A stretch of DNA of 64,000 nucleotides. Origin: Clostridia bacterium. Its GTDB lineage: Bacteria > Bacillota > Clostridia > Oscillospirales > CAG-272. Position 1 is the first letter of the stretch, and the number at the start of each line of letters is the position of its first letter. A program made the position numbers and the translations under genes. The notes beneath the pieces are model-generated. The model was not told where the DNA came from and searched no databases. It saw only the letters and a list, made by a program, of their open reading frames with translations. Positions 59,157-64,000 of this stretch are shown piece after piece. Location of the stretch: contig JAGAKG010000037.1 in assembly GCA_017625755.1 (NCBI GenBank), positions 16,842 through 80,841 of the forward strand. The letters run 5' to 3'.

Positions 59157-60668
59157 TTGAAGAACAGATTTCTCAAAATTACTGCAATTCTTCTCGTCTT
59201 TCTAATGCTTATGTCTTTGTGCATTTCGTGTAAGAAAACAGAAGAAGAAGAAGAGGGAGAGGAGACGACCGTTTCAACCGTAGAGGGTGAGACATACCGT
59301 GACGACCTTCCCAGAGATCTTAACTACAAGGGTGCCGATGTTAACTTTGTATCCAGAGCACACGACTGGTATAAGAACGAGGTAACCGTCGAGTCCGACA
59401 ACACCGACGACATCGTCAACGAGGCGGTTTATAACCGTGAGAAGGATGTTGAGAAGCGACTCGGCATCAATATCATCAACACGATGCTTGACGACGGTGG
59501 AAAGACGGGCGAGGAGGCTTATGCCCGTGTTACCGAGCAGGTAAAAATGGATGTAACCACGGGAACAGGACTTTACGACATCGCTATTAACAATATGTAT
59601 CATACGATGGGCGTTGCGTCCGAGGGCTTCCTTTACAACCTTTATGATGTTCCGAATATAGACCTCACAAAGTCTTATTATTCGCAGAACTACAATTTCA
59701 AGGGTACAATAAACGGCAAGCTTTACACCACAACGGGTGATGCTTCCCTTACATTTATCAAGTTCGCCTTTGTAACCTTCTTTAACAAGGAAATTGCAAA
59801 TGCCAACAAGATTCCCGACCTTTATCAGACTGTTCTTGACGGAAACTGGACAATAGGCTATCAGAAAGAGCTTATCGCGGGACTCTATGACGATATCGGA
59901 ACAGAGACCGATGTAAAGGACGAGGGAGATGCGTACGGACTTGTTATGAACCCCGTTACCGCTATCGACCCCTACTGGAGCTCGTTCGACCTCTCCATTA
60001 TCTCGATGGATGTTGAAGGAAAGCTCTTCCTTGACTGTGATACCGCAAAGGCGTCCACTGTATATAACCTTATATATGACCTTGTATACATCAACCCCGA
60101 TGTATATTGTGCTCCTCACCAGTCGGATGACGGAGAGTTTGCGACCCAGGCAAAGATGTTCGCGAACAATCAGGCTCTCTTCACAACTCTCAGAATGGCG
60201 TCCTGCGAAGATGCCAATATGAGAAATATGGAAGCTGAGTACGGAATCATTCCTATGCCTAAGTGGGAAACGGGACAGGATCAGTATTATTCCTACTGCC
60301 ACGACCTCTTCTCTGTATACGGAATCTCCGCAGGAGTTACAGCTGACAGACTCGAGATGGTAGGCGCTGCGTTTGAGTGCTTCTTCTCCGAGAGTGACCA
60401 GTGCCGTTACAACCAGTTTGAGGTTGCCCTCAAGGTTAAGTACCAGAGCGACACGAGCGCAGGTCAGATGCTTGACCTCGTTGTTGACAATGTCAAGATA
60501 GACACAGGTTGGATCTATTCCAAGTCTGTTAACAAGATAGGTCTTATTATGCGTGAGCTTATTACCGCAAAGCTTAGCGGTGTATTCAAGAGCAAATGGG
60601 ACGGAAATACTATCAAATACAACAACGCGATAGACGCTCTCGAAGCAGAGTTCGGAATTGTTGATTAA
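59157..60668 (+). CDS. Large extracellular solute-binding-protein-like lipoprotein
   Basis: TTG 59157 is 10 nt after an AAGGAGAG SD. Lipoprotein signal LVFLMLMSLCISC, then an acidic linker. The ~500-aa size and composition resemble family-1 sugar SBPs, but this assignment rests on resemblance only. Confidence 0.55.
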   Translation: MKNRFLKITAILLVFLMLMSLCISCKKTEEEEEGEETTVSTVEGETYRDDLPRDLNYKGADVNFVSRAHDWYKNEVTVESDNTDDIVNEAVYNREKDVEKRLGINIINTMLDDGGKTGEEAYARVTEQVKMDVTTGTGLYDIAINNMYHTMGVASEGFLYNLYDVPNIDLTKSYYSQNYNFKGTINGKLYTTTGDASLTFIKFAFVTFFNKEIANANKIPDLYQTVLDGNWTIGYQKELIAGLYDDIGTETDVKDEGDAYGLVMNPVTAIDPYWSSFDLSIISMDVEGKLFLDCDTAKASTVYNLIYDLVYINPDVYCAPHQSDDGEFATQAKMFANNQALFTTLRMASCEDANMRNMEAEYGIIPMPKWETGQDQYYSYCHDLFSVYGISAGVTADRLEMVGAAFECFFSESDQCRYNQFEVALKVKYQSDTSAGQMLDLVVDNVKIDTGWIYSKSVNKIGLIMRELITAKLSGVFKSKWDGNTIKYNNAIDALEAEFGIVD

Positions 60669-60721
60669 AACACGGTTTTCTTCATTATTGTAAATAATAA
60701 CGGTTAAAAGGAGGAACTATT

Positions 60722-61846
60722 ATGAAAAAAATATTGGCTATAACATTATCATTGCTGTTCATACTCACACTTATGACAGCGGCAATCGGCGCTACTGACG
60801 GTGGTGACGGCGTAGGCGACGAATCGGGCGAACTCAGCACCACAATAGACACCAACAATCAGGAACCCTCATACCTTCCTACGAACATCAACGGTGAAGC
60901 TACATACGCATACAAGTCTGTCGTAAGCTTTGACGAAGATGATATCGCAGGCAGACTTCAGCCTCAGACGAACCAGCAGAACAACCGCCCCCGTTGCGCG
61001 TGGGAAATCGTTGAAACAGGCGGTGCTAACGGAAAGGCGCTCAAGATGGTAGCTAACGGAAACACCGCAGAGGGTAACATAGACCTTGGCGGAGTTCAGG
61101 ACTGGAGCAAGTGGGACGGTCTTATGGTTTATGTAGATATGTCCGGCGTTATTCCGAAGGATGGCAAAGCAGGTAAGGGCGGTATAGGTATAAGACTTAC
61201 CTCCGCGCTTTACGATAAGGGTATCTTTGCTTGGACAAGAAACGGCAACCCCAACGCAAATGTTGCTGAGATTCCCGGATTTGAGATAAACGCTTGGTAT
61301 CTTGTTGACGGAAGCTGGGTAAAGGCTGATCAGGCTGCTATGGACGGTGAGAGAATCCAGGTTCCCGAGGATTTCGCGGGCTGGGTTTACATTCCCTTTA
61401 CAAGCTACATAACGATACAGGGCTCCGAGGGTACTCCCGAAGGTGGCGTATACCAGTCTGAGTTCATCAATAAGATAATGCTCCTCAGCGGACCTTACAC
61501 ATTTGCTGATCCCGCAGACGGCGAGGAGAATACATCTGTGGTTATCGTTGACGAGATAAACCTCGTTAAGCTCGGCGTAAACAACGAGGAGATGGAGGAG
61601 ATACTCACGGCTACCGAGGCAACAACTACCGAGGCAACGACCGAGAAGCGCCAGAAGGCAACTATGCCCACAACCGCTGCAAAGACCAACGCTAAGACGA
61701 CTGCCGCAGGCGCAGCAGATGAAACAACTGCTGAAGCTGAGGAGGAGAAGAGCGGCTGCGGAAGCACGATTACCGTTGCATCGGTTATGATGATCGCGGC
61801 AGCTGCAGCAATTCCCGCAGTAGCATCTAAGCGCAGAAGAAAGTAA
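60722..61846 (+). CDS. Secreted CBM-like protein with a Thr/Ala linker and a C-terminal SGCGS + TM + KRRRK tail
   Basis: Signal peptide MKKILAITLSLLFILTLMTAAIGA, a ~250-aa Trp/Gly-rich beta-type domain, TEATTTEATTE linker, then SGCGSTITVASVMMIAAAAAIPAVASKRRRK. Confidence 0.75.
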   Translation: MKKILAITLSLLFILTLMTAAIGATDGGDGVGDESGELSTTIDTNNQEPSYLPTNINGEATYAYKSVVSFDEDDIAGRLQPQTNQQNNRPRCAWEIVETGGANGKALKMVANGNTAEGNIDLGGVQDWSKWDGLMVYVDMSGVIPKDGKAGKGGIGIRLTSALYDKGIFAWTRNGNPNANVAEIPGFEINAWYLVDGSWVKADQAAMDGERIQVPEDFAGWVYIPFTSYITIQGSEGTPEGGVYQSEFINKIMLLSGPYTFADPADGEENTSVVIVDEINLVKLGVNNEEMEEILTATEATTTEATTEKRQKATMPTTAAKTNAKTTAAGAADETTAEAEEEKSGCGSTITVASVMMIAAAAAIPAVASKRRRK

Positions 61847-62007
61847 TTTGAAACACGGTTAAAGCCCACCGATTTTTCGGGTGGGCTACCGTAGCCTAAT
61901 GAAAAAATAAAAAAGCAGGCTTTTTGCGGATCTTTCGCAGAAAGAAAAATAATTAGATCGAGCGGAGGGGTTGTCCTTTGCGGCAGCCCCACCGCGGAAT
62001 AGAGCGT

Positions 62008-64000
62008 ATGAAAAAGAGATTATTTATTATATTTGCATTGCTCCTCGTTATCCCCACGCTGCTTATATGTATGCTCACGGGCTGCGCAGGCGACGGAGAC
62101 GGAGACGGAGCAGAGACCACGGCGGCAACCACACTTGCCAAGGGCGAGTTTATCGGCTCTGAGCTGGTCAGAAATAAGGATATGGGCTTCTTTGCTTACG
62201 GTGAAGTCGTTTCGGATAACGAAGCCGTGGCAGATGCAGCCGTAAGATCGCAGAATGACGGTATTCTAATTAAATATTACTCCGACGGAACCGCAACCTT
62301 CACAGTCAATGACTATTGGGGCAATGTGGCTACCGTCAGCATAACTGTTGAAAATTCCGAGGTTTCCAATATAGATGTAACTCCGTTTGAGGATGCGAAT
62401 AGCGTCAATGTAAGATTTATGGGTGCTTACGGAAACGGACTCAGGAATGACACGGAGGCTATTCAGTCGGCGATAGATTCGCTTCCGAACGGCGGAACCG
62501 TGTATATTCCCGCGGGAACTTACGACATAGATAAGATAGTGCTTCACGAAAACATTACCCTTATGCTTCAAGGCGAGGTCAATAATGTTGCGGCAGGATA
62601 CACAAACACTCTGGCTGCCAGAGTTGATGCGGGTGAGTTTGCAATACTCAAGGACGGCTCATTCGTCAACCACGAGCCGAACGGGCCCGGTAATCTCGGC
62701 GAGTCGAATATCGCTATTATAGGCGGTATGATAGACTTCAACGGAGCGGCGGCTACAAAGACGCAGATAGATGTCAATCACGAAGGTCCCGCGGCTCATC
62801 CCGGTGCCGAAGCAACGGGCTGCATCGCAATCTCCTGCGGAAGCAACTTCCGCTTTGAGAACATAATATTCAAGGATGTTTACAATGCGCACGCGTTCCA
62901 GATATGCGGCGTAAAGGATGTAGTTATCAAGGACTGTATGTTCGCGGGATATATGGGACGCGCCGAAACCAAGGGCGTTGCGGGAAAAATAGTTACAAAC
63001 AGAGAAACGATACAGATAGAGTACGCTCATTCGGGCGCTATTCCCCCTGCAACCTTCGCGGAAGGAGAGTTCTACTACTGCGAGAATGTGGTTATCGAGG
63101 GCTGTTACTTCGGCGATAGTGATAAGTCGGGCTATCATGTTACGGCTATCGGTCAGCACGGACAGAACGGAACCGCGAATGTTACGGGACTTAAGGTAAC
63201 CGATTGCGTTTTCGATAACCCCTATTACAGCGCTATGAGATTCCCGAACTATGTTGATGTTGAGATAACCAAGAACAGGTTTATGTCCAGCGAGAAGGGA
63301 TACTATAACGGTGGATATTTCCTGTGGCTTTATACCGAGAATTCAAATAAGACCTATGCGGGTAAGACACAGTCTGGAACCTCGCAGACTATTGTCAGCG
63401 CGCATGCGTACGAGCACGACGGAATTCATAATGTGGACATAAAGAGCAACATATTTGCTATAAGCGGAAGCTCAAATATGAGAGTTCTGAGCGCTGAATC
63501 CACGGGGCTTTCGCAGGGCGCAAGAACGATATCGAATGTTATGAGACAGGTTGACGGACAGCTTTACGGAGCTTCCTATACGGGATTTGTAGAGTGTACG
63601 AACCTTATATCCGACCTGGATTTCAGTAATAACACTATCGCGATATACGCCGATAATTATACATATAAGACCATAATATATTGCAAGGCTGTTTACGGAC
63701 TTAAGATTGAGAACAATAAGGTTGATACGGGAAGCGGCGTGAATCTCACAAACTCGGGAGTGAATATAGCAACGCCTATAAGCGATACCGTATCGAATCA
63801 GTTTGAGTTTATCAGCTCGTTGCCCAACAAGTCGGTCATTATTGATAACGGCAAGGGCGGAACGATAACCCTAAAGTCGGATTCCTCATCGCGCAAGCTG
63901 ATACTTCAGCAGACCGAGCATTGCAAGATAACATATACCGTTCAGAACGGAAATGTTATAGTTAAGGTCGTATGTGATGAGGGCTACACCTTCAGCGGAT
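62008..64000 (+). CDS. Lipoprotein with a right-handed beta-helix (pectate-lyase-superfamily / GH28-55-like) domain; 3' end beyond the window
   Basis: My translation from ATG 62008 is MKKRLFIIFALLLVIPTLLICMLTGCAGDGDGDG (lipobox LTGC). VRFMGAYGNGLRNDTEAIQSAIDSLPNGGTVYIPAGTY is typical of the Pectate_lyase_3 N-terminus. The frame stays open to 64000. It is not in the ORF track. Confidence 0.75.
   Translation, partial: MKKRLFIIFALLLVIPTLLICMLTGCAGDGDGDGAETTAATTLAKGEFIGSELVRNKDMGFFAYGEVVSDNEAVADAAVRSQNDGILIKYYSDGTATFTVNDYWGNVATVSITVENSEVSNIDVTPFEDANSVNVRFMGAYGNGLRNDTEAIQSAIDSLPNGGTVYIPAGTYDIDKIVLHENITLMLQGEVNNVAAGYTNTLAARVDAGEFAILKDGSFVNHEPNGPGNLGESNIAIIGGMIDFNGAAATKTQIDVNHEGPAAHPGAEATGCIAISCGSNFRFENIIFKDVYNAHAFQICGVKDVVIKDCMFAGYMGRAETKGVAGKIVTNRETIQIEYAHSGAIPPATFAEGEFYYCENVVIEGCYFGDSDKSGYHVTAIGQHGQNGTANVTGLKVTDCVFDNPYYSAMRFPNYVDVEITKNRFMSSEKGYYNGGYFLWLYTENSNKTYAGKTQSGTSQTIVSAHAYEHDGIHNVDIKSNIFAISGSSNMRVLSAESTGLSQGARTISNVMRQVDGQLYGASYTGFVECTNLISDLDFSNNTIAIYADNYTYKTIIYCKAVYGLKIENNKVDTGSGVNLTNSGVNIATPISDTVSNQFEFISSLPNKSVIIDNGKGGTITLKSDSSSRKLILQQTEHCKITYTVQNGNVIVKVVCDEGYTFSG

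Noticed and set aside
59274-60302. 342-aa minus-strand ORF
   Set aside because: It is antisense to the SBP-like lipoprotein gene, which has a lipoprotein signal and an SD.

Overview
This 64-kb chromosomal window comes from a Gram-positive anaerobe. The taxon is inferred from Clostridia-like gene content: a ytfJ/DUF2953/scpAB/dacB block, a Na+-pumping biotin decarboxylase and BspA-type LRR surface proteins. I call about 61 protein-coding genes. By eye I found no rRNA, tRNA, CRISPR array, transposase or integrase.

Layout:
- 0.4-27.6 kb: mostly housekeeping genes (dus, rluB, dacB, ytfJ, scpAB, M50 protease, lysA, engB, lon, rsmE, ctp, greA, rsuA, tex, an orphan MsmK-like ATPase, ireB, bioY).
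- 27.6-30.6 kb: an 850-aa LRR surface protein.
- 31-34 kb: class II aldolase followed by two COG0523 GTPase paralogs, one with an extreme His/Cys tract.
- 34-37 kb: DeoR-controlled sugar-phosphate operon.
- 37.1-47.1 kb: accessory island with small membrane or amphipathic proteins, two tandem ABC-2 pairs, plsY, and a response regulator/intramembrane-sensing kinase operon with two extra membrane proteins. Mosaic hairpin repeats bound and interrupt this island.
- 47.3-52.2 kb: biotin decarboxylase operon carrying two different carboxyltransferases.
- 52.3-54.2 kb: MATE transporter and nitroreductase.
- 54.4-55.1 kb: stand-alone promoter-to-terminator unit with no long ORF.
- 55.3-64 kb: GH2, ROK regulator, solute-binding-like lipoprotein, CBM-like anchored protein, beta-helix lipoprotein.

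Best leads:
1. The ~630-nt candidate ncRNA or mini-ORF unit.
2. An identical SGCGS + TM + polybasic C-terminal tail on two unrelated secreted proteins, which may be a sorting signal.
3. The envelope-stress-like regulon with CTTTAACA direct-repeat boxes.
4. A modular hairpin repeat family whose stems are conserved while loops vary.
5. The COG0523 pair.
6. The dual-carboxyltransferase decarboxylase operon.

All family assignments come from motif recognition by eye. No database search was run.
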